Origin: a bacterium
Lineage (GTDB): Bacteria; Patescibacteriota; Minisyncoccia; UBA6257; GWB1-50-10
DNA length: 64,000 nucleotides
Assembly: GCA_002686365.1 (NCBI GenBank)
Contig: NZBZ01000001.1
Span: forward strand, 58,405 to 122,404
Reading direction: 5' to 3'
The notes below the pieces were generated by a model. The model searched no databases. It saw nothing but the letters and a program-made list of their open reading frames with translations, and was not told the DNA's origin. Position numbers and translations under genes: made by a program. This document shows positions 28,095 to 37,181 of this stretch, piece after piece (position 1 is the first letter of the stretch; every line of letters starts with the position of its first letter).

Positions 28095-28820
28095 CTATGT
28101 GATGGACAAGTCTTTTAAAGTTTTTTGAAGGTCTTCAGGAAGCTCTGATTCTACTTTTATTCTTCTCTTATTTGACAGAGAGAATTCGAGAGATTCAGCA
28201 TGCAGAAAGTGTCGTTTTAATCCAAATGTTTCTCGTTTTCCTGCGTAGAGCTTGTCTCCGACTACTGGGTGTCCAATACTTGCGAGGTGCACACGGATTT
28301 GATGAGTGCGTCCTGTTTTTGGTAAGACTTTGAGGAGTGTTAGAGAGGTTGTTTCTGTTTTTAGATTTTTGATTGGCTCAATTTTTGTTACTGCCTTTTT
28401 TACCATCTTCATTTTTCTTGCTCGGGTACTTCTTTTTATACTGCCGGACATGAGTCCGATTGGTTTATCAATAATCTGCTTTTTTTCTATTTTTCCGTGC
28501 GCAAGGGCTTTGTAAGTTTTTTTCACCTTGTGTTCCTGAAGAAGTTTTTTGAAGTACTCAAAGAAGGTTTGCGTTTTCGCAATAAGAAGGATGCCGGAAG
28601 TTTCTTTATCTAAACGATGAACAATGCCCGGCCGTTCTTTAGGGCTGTCCCCAACAGTTTTTGTTTCTGTAAATTTCTTTTTTATCCAGTCTGCGAGTGT
28701 TTCTTCCTGCTTTTTTGTTTTTTGAGGGATTCCATGCATAAGCAGGCCAGCAGGCTTGTGGATAATTGCAAAATCTTTTTCTTGATATAAAATCTTTATG
28801 TTTTCGGTTAATATTGACAT
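28095..28820 (-). CDS. RluA-family pseudouridine synthase
   Basis: KPAGL, HRLDKETSG, TGRTHQIRVH. Confidence 0.95.
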   Translation of the reverse strand: MSILTENIKILYQEKDFAIIHKPAGLLMHGIPQKTKKQEETLADWIKKKFTETKTVGDSPKERPGIVHRLDKETSGILLIAKTQTFFEYFKKLLQEHKVKKTYKALAHGKIEKKQIIDKPIGLMSGSIKRSTRARKMKMVKKAVTKIEPIKNLKTETTSLTLLKVLPKTGRTHQIRVHLASIGHPVVGDKLYAGKRETFGLKRHFLHAESLEFSLSNKRRIKVESELPEDLQKTLKDLSIT

Positions 28821-28871
28821 ATTATTAGAAATGTTTTACTCTTTTTCGCTATGATTCTGTATAATTATACC

Positions 28872-29324
28872 ATGAGACGAAAAGCACATTTTTCGTTTAT
28901 TGGTTTTGTATTAGTTCTACTTACATTCCCCTTTTTTGCTACAGAGGCTCCTACCTATGGAGCAGAGGTTAACTTCCCTTCTCCTCCTGCAGTTTCCGCA
29001 GAGGAGGTGCTGGAAGTGCTCCCTGCCCCAAGGGTGGTGGATATGTGGATAACTGCTTATTCGAGCTCTGTTGATGAAACTGATAGTACTCCTCATATTA
29101 CCGCACTTGGTACTCGTACGCGAGATGGGATTGCGGCAACGAATATGCTTCCCTTTGGTACGCTTGTTCGTGTACCGGATCTTTTTGGAGACAAGGTATT
29201 TGTGATTGAGGATAGAATGCATCCAAGGAAGAAGTGGGTGCTTGATATTTGGATGGGAAGTAAAGAGGAGGCAAAACAGTTTGGCTCGCATTTGACTAAG
29301 GTGGAGATATTAAAGAAGGGATAG
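28872..29324 (+). CDS. Secreted 3D-domain (lytic transglycosylase-like) protein
   Basis: Signal peptide; TAYSS...TDSTP.ITA.G, LPFGT, EDRM, LDIW. Confidence 0.85.
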   Translation: MRRKAHFSFIGFVLVLLTFPFFATEAPTYGAEVNFPSPPAVSAEEVLEVLPAPRVVDMWITAYSSSVDETDSTPHITALGTRTRDGIAATNMLPFGTLVRVPDLFGDKVFVIEDRMHPRKKWVLDIWMGSKEEAKQFGSHLTKVEILKKG

Positions 29325-29416
29325 GCTAGGATATAAGACTTAGGACATAGGATTTAGAAAAAAGAAAATGCGCCGCAGGGATTGCCTGAGGCGCTTTTGG
29401 TTGCGGTCTGAGTTCA

Positions 29417-30565
29417 TCAGACAGTCTTGTTGAATTCGTGATCAGGAGATGCTGTCAGACGGAGGCTTGCTCTCAACCTCCTTTTTGGGTCTGCCTCTCT
29501 CCAGCTTCGTATCGCTCTCTCCGCTGCCTGCAGGGCTTTGCCGAACGTGTTCTCTGTGAGCTCGAGGTTGATGGTCACAGTGACGTTCGCCGTACCAGGC
29601 TCTGTGTAGCCAACTTCGACTACGAGCTCGCTGCCTACATTGGCAAGCTCAGAGACGCTCAAGATCGAATCTCTGAGCAGATCCTTCAATGTCCTAATTG
29701 CCCTGTCGAACGCTGCCACGCGTTCTGTTGTGGCTGTTGCGACTTGGAAGGCGAGTGTGGAGCGCCCCGCAAGCGGACTCGTGATTCGAAGCCCTTGAGC
29801 GAACTCGTGGACAGATTGGTTTCTCGCCCAGGCGATCGCGAGGATGCACGCGATCTCCTCGTTGTCTTTGTCGCACTTTTCTTGATCCGCGATGATCTGG
29901 TGGTGTTCAGCGAGGCGCGGGACAGGAAATCCTTGCCTGGTCGCAGTTCGTATTGCGCCCAGCCAAACCGAGCGGTCGAGTCCTTGTAGCGTGGGAAAGC
30001 TCAGAATGTGGTCGAAGAAGATCCCGACGGCCTCTTCACCATCTTCGGTGTTGCGCCAACGCTCGGTTACGAGCTCGAGAAGTCGCGTTCTTGTCTTGGG
30101 GAGCGCCACGACTCTCGTTGTTCGGTTTGGTCGTTCTGAGTCAGAACATCCGCTCTCTGAGGCTTGTTGGATCGCAACCTCCCTGGTTCCAGGAGCGTCA
30201 AAGAGGAGTTGGAGGAGGTATCTTGTGAGAGGCTCCCACGCGATGTCCTCTGCCGTCTCCGTTGCTTCGTTGTCCAGACGGAAGGGCGTTCCTTCTCCGC
30301 GGAAGGGCATTTCTCCGTCTTCCTCGCGTAGATGAGGGTAGATGGCCCTCTCTAGAGAAGCCTGGATGAACCATTCGAGGAGTTGGAGGGCGTCGGCATC
30401 TTTTGCCTCACGAATGGTCTCGCGGAGCAGTTCGAGGAGCTCTTTTTTCCTGTCGTCTGGGCGGATTCTTTGGAGCCACGCGTGTGAGACCAATCCGCCT
30501 TCTTTTCGCACTCGATCCAGAAATAGGACGTAGGGCGTACCTTCGGGCCTACCTTCGCTCGACAT
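29417..30565 (-). CDS. Hypothetical protein (382 aa)
   Basis: GC-rich ORF with RBS GAAGGGA, multi-hairpin leader and downstream terminator. Confidence 0.7.
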   Translation of the reverse strand: MSSEGRPEGTPYVLFLDRVRKEGGLVSHAWLQRIRPDDRKKELLELLRETIREAKDADALQLLEWFIQASLERAIYPHLREEDGEMPFRGEGTPFRLDNEATETAEDIAWEPLTRYLLQLLFDAPGTREVAIQQASESGCSDSERPNRTTRVVALPKTRTRLLELVTERWRNTEDGEEAVGIFFDHILSFPTLQGLDRSVWLGAIRTATRQGFPVPRLAEHHQIIADQEKCDKDNEEIACILAIAWARNQSVHEFAQGLRITSPLAGRSTLAFQVATATTERVAAFDRAIRTLKDLLRDSILSVSELANVGSELVVEVGYTEPGTANVTVTINLELTENTFGKALQAAERAIRSWREADPKRRLRASLRLTASPDHEFNKTV

Positions 30566-30778
30566 GACGTATTCCCTTCCGGCCGCAGCCGAAAATGCTT
30601 CTTTCCGCAGAAAGAAGTTCCAGAACTACATGTCCGCAAACATGCTCTGGGGGGTTGTGTAGGGGTTTTCACCCCGGCTTTTGCTGGGGTTAATGTACGT
30701 GTTTTTTTGTTTTTTGTCCATAGGACAATTCTATGGAATTGTCCTAAAAAAACACGCCTCGGGAATGCCGCGGCGTGG

Positions 30779-31357
30779 TTACGTGTTCCGCATTCTTATC
30801 ATCAGGGTAAGAATGCTGTGCAGGATTGTGTGGCTTACTGGGTAGACGTATTCTTGCCACGGATCTTGTCCGCGCAATCTGACTACTGCAATGTTCAAAA
30901 GGTGTGACAGGGTCCAAATCGCCCATGGGCCCTGTTTCTCCTGAATAGATTCTCTCCACACACCTTTGTATGTTGGGAGAAATGCAATGGTCCTGCAGCC
31001 TATCATTATGAAGTTTGCGTATGCTGCGCTCTTGTATCTTGCCCATACATATATAGCAAGAGCGCTTATTATGATTACTGCCCAGTCTTGCCAGTTTATT
31101 CTTGCGATTCTTCCCTTGCGGAGTGCAACCAGAAAGATAATGAGGGTTTGAATTGCGCCCAGTATGGATGGGACACTTTTTGCTACATCCCTTGTGAGCA
31201 CGAAGTAACTTACTCCGATTATCCATGTTGCCACAACCCAGACCATCCAGGTTGCGGGATTTAGATCAACAGACCCTTTTCTTATGTTCCTTATATAGAG
31301 AAGGAATCCCAAGAGAGCTGCTGTTCCAGTAGCCACTGATAGCACTATAGCTGCCAC
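30779..31357 (-). CDS. Multi-pass membrane protein (possibly PQ-loop-like)
   Basis: About 7 hydrophobic segments; NPATWMVW, AFLPTY. Confidence 0.7.
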   Translation of the reverse strand: MAAIVLSVATGTAALLGFLLYIRNIRKGSVDLNPATWMVWVVATWIIGVSYFVLTRDVAKSVPSILGAIQTLIIFLVALRKGRIARINWQDWAVIIISALAIYVWARYKSAAYANFIMIGCRTIAFLPTYKGVWRESIQEKQGPWAIWTLSHLLNIAVVRLRGQDPWQEYVYPVSHTILHSILTLMIRMRNT

Positions 31358-31488
31358 TTTTCTTCTCCCTTCCTGTCTTGAAATGAGCTAGGGTGAGTGT
31401 GTTTCTATAATAGGTAAAAATATGCAGTGTGCAAGTTTATTTGCAAAATTGCTTTGACATTGTACAATTTTATGGTGGTAATTATTTG

Positions 31489-31560
31489 GGGCACATAGTT
31501 CAGTGGTAGAACGCTATCCTGATAAGATAGAGGTCCCAGGTTCGATCCCTGGTGTGCCCA
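31489..31560 (+). tRNA. tRNA-Ile(GAT)
   Basis: GGGCACA/TGTGCCC acceptor; CTATC-CTGATAA-GATAG anticodon arm. Confidence 0.96.
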
Positions 31561-31564
31561 CAGG

Positions 31565-31641
31565 GGGCCTGTAGCTCAGTTGGCTAGAGCGCCTCGTTTG
31601 CAACGAGGAGGTCGTCGGTTCGATTCCGATCAGGTCCACCA
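31565..31641 (+). tRNA. tRNA-Ala(TGC), CCA encoded
   Basis: GGGCCTG/CAGGTCC acceptor with G3:U70; CCTCG-TTTGCAA-CGAGG. Confidence 0.96.
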
Positions 31642-31692
31642 GTAAATTCAAAAGCACCAATTTTGGTGCTTTTGAATTTATTTATATGGTTT

Positions 31693-31832
31693 TGATGGAA
31701 TCGAAGAAGAAAGGGGTCGGGAAAACATCTGTTTTACCGTGGCGGAAAAGCCCCGCCAAGGCGGGGCGGATTAAAACCGAGGGGTTTTAACGAGCGAATG
31801 AAATGAGCGACGTGAGATTCCATCAGGTCCAC
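31693..31832 (+). repeat. tRNA-associated element ending in a copy of the tRNA-Ala 3' end
   Basis: TGATGGAATC/GATTCCATCA terminal IR; GATTCCATCAGGTCCAC versus tRNA GATTCCGATCAGGTCCAC. Confidence 0.75.
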
Positions 31833-31872
31833 AAAAAATAAAACAGCCGAACAATGCGGCTGTTTTATTATG

Positions 31873-32100
31873 TTATTTAATTAGATTGAGGTCTCTGAAC
31901 CCCTCAATGTTAAATGTTACTGGAACTTCTGTTTTTTCTTCCCTGCCAAAAGCAGTGTCTAGCTGGTTAAAAATAAAGATGAGATGGTATGAGATAAATA
32001 CTATTGTTAGAACAAGAAGGATTATTGCGAGCAGAAAAAAGAACGTTCTTGTGGCAATAAGAGAGCGCATGGCTGGGATTTTTATGTGAAGTTTTTTCAT
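31873..32100 (-). CDS. Small single-pass membrane protein
   Basis: One long hydrophobic helix; follows the PilO-like gene. Confidence 0.7.
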   Translation of the reverse strand: MKKLHIKIPAMRSLIATRTFFFLLAIILLVLTIVFISYHLIFIFNQLDTAFGREEKTEVPVTFNIEGFRDLNLIK

Positions 32101-32108
32101 TGCGCTGC

Positions 32109-32639
32109 TTATCCTCTAAAAAATATCTGTCCGCGAATACTTGCTTTTGATTCTTGATTTCCTTTCGAAACAGAGAAGCTTTCCAACTTTGTAAGAAAGC
32201 GAAACTCCTGAAGCTTTTTTATAAAGTTTAAGATGTTTGTTTCTGATTTGGCAGAAATGTTTGCTGAGAATCGTACAAAACCAAGGGTTTGGGCAGATGC
32301 CGGACCCTCTCCTACAAATGAAGAGCTAAATTCTGCCAATCCTTCTGAATCTGCGAGTGCCTGTAGTTCTCTTGAAAAGTTGATGAGCTCATCTTTTTTC
32401 GGAATGAAATTGTATAATACGTTAAGGTAGTCTTTACCGAATTCTTCTTCGACTCTTTTTAGCTCTGCAAGTCTTTGGATTGCGCTTGATCTTGTTTCCA
32501 GCTCTTTTCTTGACTCGCTTAGTTTACCGCTAAACTCTTCAAGATTAGCTCTGAAAAATATAATCCCTGCCCCCAATAATATAAGAAGGACAAAAGCAAT
32601 TGAGAGGTCTATGAGAATTTTTTTTGTAAAGCGGGACAT
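32109..32639 (-). CDS. PilO/GspM-like type IV pilus alignment protein
   Basis: N-terminal TM, coiled coil, IP...L..LA..G core, FIKKLQEFRFLTKLESF. Confidence 0.55.
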   Translation of the reverse strand: MSRFTKKILIDLSIAFVLLILLGAGIIFFRANLEEFSGKLSESRKELETRSSAIQRLAELKRVEEEFGKDYLNVLYNFIPKKDELINFSRELQALADSEGLAEFSSSFVGEGPASAQTLGFVRFSANISAKSETNILNFIKKLQEFRFLTKLESFSVSKGNQESKASIRGQIFFRG

Positions 32640-32686
32640 AGGATTTAGGACGCGGACTTATTTATTTGTTATTATAGCAGAAGTAT

Positions 32687-33592
32687 ATGAGTGAAACTAT
32701 TGAATCTATACTGCTTGAGGACGAAAAGTTTCCTTTTCTACTGAAGGAAATTCCAGATCCTCCAAAGCGTTTGTACTACAAGGGCAGTCTTCCCTTTGAT
32801 GCGCCTGGGGTTGGGATTGTTGGGACGCGGAAAGTTTCTCCTCAGGGTCGTGCGCTTGCGCGAAGTGTTGCGGAAGAATTATCCCGAGGGGGATTTTTTA
32901 TTATGAGCGGACTTGCTCTTGGAGTTGATGGAGCAGCTCATGAGGGAGCTCTTTTAGGAGGCTGCGGTACGCTTGCGATTTTAGCTAATGGATTAAATTC
33001 TGTATATCCCAGACAGCATGAAGGACTGGCTCGTAAAATTCTTGATAAAGGAGGGGCGCTTGTTTCTGAATATGATTTGGACTCCCCTCCTTATCCAAAC
33101 CAGTTTTTGGAGAGAAACCGAATTATTAGCGGACTTTCTATTGCCACAGTATTTATTGAGGTGCCGATTCGGTCTGGAGCGCTTGTTACTGCGCGTCATG
33201 CCTTGTCGCAGGGGCGGGAGGTCTTGGTCTTTCCCGGGCCGTATCAGGATAAAAATTTTGAAGGTTCGCACATGCTTTTGCGGAATGGAGCGCGAATTGT
33301 AACGAGCGCAAAAGAAATTCTGGAGGATGTGACTTCCCTCTTATCAAACTATCCCAAATTGAATTATAAGGGCGGTACTTCTTCTAACACTGCCCTCTCT
33401 TTGGATGAGTTGAAAGACGAGAATCAGAGAAAGGTGTATACTGTGCTTTGTAAATCTCAAAAACCGCTTACAGTTGACAATATTTTAAAGATAACTAAAC
33501 TTGAACCTCAAATTGCTAATCAGACATTAACTTTTCTTCTCTTGTCAGGGTTTATTGAGGAGAGCGAAGGCACATTTAATGCCAAGAGCTAA
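32687..33592 (+). CDS. dprA: DNA-processing protein DprA
   Basis: IVGTRK, SGLALGVDGAAH, FLERNRIISGLS, SGALVTA. Confidence 0.96.
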   Translation: MSETIESILLEDEKFPFLLKEIPDPPKRLYYKGSLPFDAPGVGIVGTRKVSPQGRALARSVAEELSRGGFFIMSGLALGVDGAAHEGALLGGCGTLAILANGLNSVYPRQHEGLARKILDKGGALVSEYDLDSPPYPNQFLERNRIISGLSIATVFIEVPIRSGALVTARHALSQGREVLVFPGPYQDKNFEGSHMLLRNGARIVTSAKEILEDVTSLLSNYPKLNYKGGTSSNTALSLDELKDENQRKVYTVLCKSQKPLTVDNILKITKLEPQIANQTLTFLLLSGFIEESEGTFNAKS

Positions 33593-35630
33593 AACAACAA
33601 CAAAGAAAAAAGCGTCCGCAAAGACGCTTGTTATTGTTGAGTCCCCTACAAAGGCAAAGACTATTGGGAAGTTTTTGGGGAGCAAATACGCGGTAGAGTC
33701 ATCATATGGCCATATTAGAGATCTGCCTAAGTCAAAGCTTGGAATTGATGTTGAGGAGGGTACGTATGAGCCGCAGTATGTGATTCCTACTAAGGTGCGG
33801 AAGAAGGTTACTGCCCTGAAGAAGGTGGCAAAGAATATGGAGACTGTGATTCTTGCCACTGATGAAGACCGAGAGGGAGAGGCCATTGCTTGGCACTTAG
33901 TTCATGCTCTTGAGTTAGATGCAGATGGAGCTCCAGAGACAAAGAGAATAGTATTTCATGAAATTACCAAGGGGGCGATTGCAGAAGCAATTGAAAACCC
34001 GCGAGAGATTGATGCGCGTCTTGTTGATGCTCAGCAGGCACGGAGAGTTCTTGACCGCTTGGTTGGGTATAAGCTTTCTCCTTTTTTGTGGAAGAAAATG
34101 TTTCGTGGGCTTTCTGCTGGCCGTGTACAGTCTGTTGCCTTGCGGCTCATTGTGGATCGAGAGGATGAACGAAATGCATTTAAGCCTCAAGAGTATTGGA
34201 GCATTAACGCCTTGCTTCAAAAGCAGGGTGATGGCGATGCATTTCTTACTTCTCTTTATAAAATTGGTGATACCCGAGTTGGGAAGCTGGATATAAATAC
34301 AAAGAAATCCTCTGAAAAAATTAAGAAAGACTTGGGAAAAGCATCTTATTCTGTTCTTTCAGTTAAAAAGACACAGAGAAGACGGAATCCTCTTCCTCCA
34401 TTTACAACAAGTACTTTACAACAGGAGGCATCAAAACGGCTTGGAATGAGCGCGCGGCAGACTATGCAGATTGCCCAAGGCCTGTACGAAAAGGGACATA
34501 TAACATACATGAGAACTGATTCTGTGAACTTGTCGCAGGAGTCTTTAGTTTCTGCGCGAGAATGGATTATCTCTTCATTTGGCGGAGAGTATGTTTTAGA
34601 GGCTCCACGAGTTTTTCGCGGAAAGTCTCGACTTGCTCAAGAAGCGCATGAGGCGATTCGCCCTACTACTCCTACCTTTGCTCCAAAAGAATTTGGCGGA
34701 GAGCTAGGAAAGTTAGATTCACGGACAGTAAAGCTTTACGGACTTATCTGGAGACGGTTTATTGCCTCGCAGCTGCCTCCTGCTGTCTTTGACGCAACAA
34801 GCATTGAAGTGTCTGCGTCTGGGACAGATTCATACATACTTCGGGCAAATGGAACTATTTTGCGTTTTGATGGATTTTTGAAAGTTTGGGAGTCAAAGAT
34901 TTCTGAAAATGAACTGCCGGAACTTTCAAAAGATGATAGCTTGGAACTTCAAAAAATTGAGACAGAACAGCATTTTACTGAGCCACCTCCTAGATACAAT
35001 GAAGCGAGCTTGGTAAAGACGCTTGAGGAGAATGGAATTGGACGGCCATCAACATATGCTCCGACTATTTCCGTGATTCAGGGACGTAATTATATTGAAA
35101 AGGATGAGAGTCGAAGATTTTGCCCTACTGAAGTTGGAACGCTTGTGAGTAATCTTTTGAAAGAGCATTTCCCAAAGATTGTGGATACTGGATTTACTGC
35201 AGAGATGGAGGAGGATTTGGATGAAATTGCAGAAGGAAAACGAGAGTGGCATGAACTTATTAAAGTTTTCTATGTTCCATTTGAAAAGCAGCTGGAGCAG
35301 AAGTATGAGGAGGTGAAGAAGATAACTAAAGATATGGAGGAGGAGACTGATGAGAAGTGTGAGAAGTGTGAGAAGCCTATGGTTATAAAGATGGGGCGGT
35401 TTGGAAAGTTTTTGGCCTGTTCAGGTTTTCCTGACTGCAAGAATGCGAAGAAGCTTGTAACAGAGGAAAATTCTTTTGGTGATTGCCTTGATTGTGAGGA
35501 GGGCAAGGTTATTTCATGCAGGACCAAGAATAGACGCTTGTTTTACGGCTGCTCTAAATACCCTGATTGTAAGTATGCAACGTGGAAAAAGCCTGGGAGC
35601 GAAAAGGATGAGGACGAGGACTCAGAATAA
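33579..35630 (+). CDS. topA: DNA topoisomerase I
   Basis: VIVESPTKAKTI, ATDEDREGE, SAGRVQS, ITYMRTDS, C-terminal zinc ribbons. Confidence 0.98.
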   Translation: MPRAKTTTKKKASAKTLVIVESPTKAKTIGKFLGSKYAVESSYGHIRDLPKSKLGIDVEEGTYEPQYVIPTKVRKKVTALKKVAKNMETVILATDEDREGEAIAWHLVHALELDADGAPETKRIVFHEITKGAIAEAIENPREIDARLVDAQQARRVLDRLVGYKLSPFLWKKMFRGLSAGRVQSVALRLIVDREDERNAFKPQEYWSINALLQKQGDGDAFLTSLYKIGDTRVGKLDINTKKSSEKIKKDLGKASYSVLSVKKTQRRRNPLPPFTTSTLQQEASKRLGMSARQTMQIAQGLYEKGHITYMRTDSVNLSQESLVSAREWIISSFGGEYVLEAPRVFRGKSRLAQEAHEAIRPTTPTFAPKEFGGELGKLDSRTVKLYGLIWRRFIASQLPPAVFDATSIEVSASGTDSYILRANGTILRFDGFLKVWESKISENELPELSKDDSLELQKIETEQHFTEPPPRYNEASLVKTLEENGIGRPSTYAPTISVIQGRNYIEKDESRRFCPTEVGTLVSNLLKEHFPKIVDTGFTAEMEEDLDEIAEGKREWHELIKVFYVPFEKQLEQKYEEVKKITKDMEEETDEKCEKCEKPMVIKMGRFGKFLACSGFPDCKNAKKLVTEENSFGDCLDCEEGKVISCRTKNRRLFYGCSKYPDCKYATWKKPGSEKDEDEDSE

Positions 35631-35687
35631 ATCAGTCTAAGTTTTTGAGGTTCGGTTTCAAAAAATATTATTTGAATAATGTGTATT

Positions 35688-35727
35688 TATGTACACTTCA
35701 CTGACGATCGTCACCTAAGTGTACATA
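35688..35727. repeat. 40-bp interrupted palindrome, copy 2 (covariant)
   Basis: TATGTACACTT-CAC-TGACG-AT-CGTCA-CCT-AAGTGTACATA. Confidence 0.9.
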
Positions 35728-35800
35728 TAATTAATGATCTTGGCCTCTCTTTTTTGCTTATTGACGAGCTTTAAGGATTTGGTAGGATGGAGTTAGTAAG

Positions 35801-35920
35801 ATGCGATCATGGTCTCTTTTTCGTTTCCTCCTAGGGGCTGTGGCTTGTCTGGCGAGAAGTCTGTGGGGTCTTTTTCGTCAGGCTTGTTGTCTTAATATAT
35901 CTCTCCTTAAGATCTTCTAG
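35801..35920 (+). CDS. 39-aa amphipathic peptide MRSWSLFRFLLGAVACLARSLWGLFRQACCLNISLLKIF
   Basis: Promoter TTGACG-16-TAGGAT, GGAG before ATG, terminator GAGGCG/CGCCTC at ~36063-36094. Confidence 0.45.
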   Translation: MRSWSLFRFLLGAVACLARSLWGLFRQACCLNISLLKIF

Positions 35921-36435
35921 GTAGCTAAGGCTGCCAAAGAGAAGGCCTGATGGAACACAGTCTGTCTCCATAATACTACTAGTCCTGAGCTCTATAGGAG
36001 CGACGAAGGATGATTGAGTATTTTCCTATCAGGTCTTTTGCAATCCATATATGCGACTCGAGAGGCGTTTTTCATACAGGCGCCTCGTTTTTTTATCAAA
36101 ATTTCCAGTTTCAATATATCGAAATATCGAGATATCGAGGTCATATTTTGATATGTAGGCTTATGATTGTCCACAGGCATGGTTGGTTATTTGCCTGAGT
36201 TTGCTATGCTTATTTTCAGTGGCGCTTAAGGATTGCCTTGAGTTGCCCTAGTCTTTCTTCTAATTGCGGTCGTCTTTGCAGAAAGAGCCGTAAAGAAGAA
36301 CGAGCCTTGGCTCGAACAGCTATGCCTAGGGACACAGAGTCTTACCTGGGATAGTGTGTTAGACACGGACAATCAGGATAGGCTGGTTTCCAGGAAGGGC
36401 GTCCTTCCTGCACTCTGTTCATAAGGAGTACGGAC

Positions 36436-36609
36436 ATGCCGCGCGGAATGTGTTTCAAGACGTGGCGATTCTTGCGTATGTCCGACGCGGGCTGCGCGAC
36501 GGACGTGATCCCCGATCAGCGGGCAGCGCTCACGACGACGGCGATGGTGCGTCAGCGCATGGCCACCGACGAAGCGCTCTTCACGCAGGCAGCTTGGGGG
36601 CTCAGGTAG
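36436..36609 (+). CDS. 57-aa peptide MPRGMCFKTWRFLRMSDAGC...QAAWGLR inside a long structured transcript
   Basis: SD AAGGAG 7 nt before ATG; terminator GGGAGCC/GGCTCCC-T-tract at ~36812-36848. Confidence 0.55.
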   Translation: MPRGMCFKTWRFLRMSDAGCATDVIPDQRAALTTTAMVRQRMATDEALFTQAAWGLR

Positions 36610-37037
36610 CCGGTCTCTCATCGGGTCCTACCCTCGTCTACGTGAATGCGCGTAGCACTTCTGTACCACAGTTGTGAACTTCTTTGCTCGCCCACGACAA
36701 GTGAACGCTAAGGCCTGACTGTGGGTTTGCCGCATAGAGCAAGAAGATTGCCTATACAACGGCCGCACGAGACTGAGTAAGTTTGTCCTGAGATAAGGAC
36801 TACGAAATATAGGGAGCCTCTTTGTGTACAGGGCTCCCCTCTTTTTTTATAATGCCTGGAAGGGCGTTTTTTGTTGATAATGTGTCAAGCGCTTAATGCG
36901 TTAAGTGCTTGATCTTCATGAAATTATCTTCGTTTCACTCAGTATTTCATGGAATGTAACACTTTTTGGTTTTTTACGTTATTTCTTGACTGATTTGCAT
37001 ATTTTTTCCTTTTTTATGTATTTGTATATATGTAATT

Positions 37038-37077
37038 TATGTACACTCTCGATGCGACCGCATCAGGAGTGTACATA
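37038..37077. repeat. 40-bp interrupted palindrome, copy 3
   Basis: TATGTACACTC-TCG-ATGCG-AC-CGCAT-CAG-GAGTGTACATA. Confidence 0.9.
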
Positions 37078-37181
37078 GGTTGCAATCTTAATATATTTAT
37101 ATATTTTGATATATTTTGGCACTAATTAGGGTTTTCCACAGAAAATTTGTGTTCTTTGTTTTTTTTGTATATGCTTGTACT

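Noticed and set aside
31489-31641. rRNA operon spacer (tRNA-Ile plus tRNA-Ala)
   Set aside because: Flanks are protein-coding genes; no 16S or 23S sequence in the window.
36770-36812. Hammerhead ribozyme (CTGAG...stem...CGAAA)
   Set aside because: The core is not CUGANGA directly joined to stem II, and stems I and III with a cleavage triplet were not found.
10726-37077. CRISPR array from the 40-bp palindromes
   Set aside because: Copies are dispersed over kilobases with no regular spacers and no cas genes.
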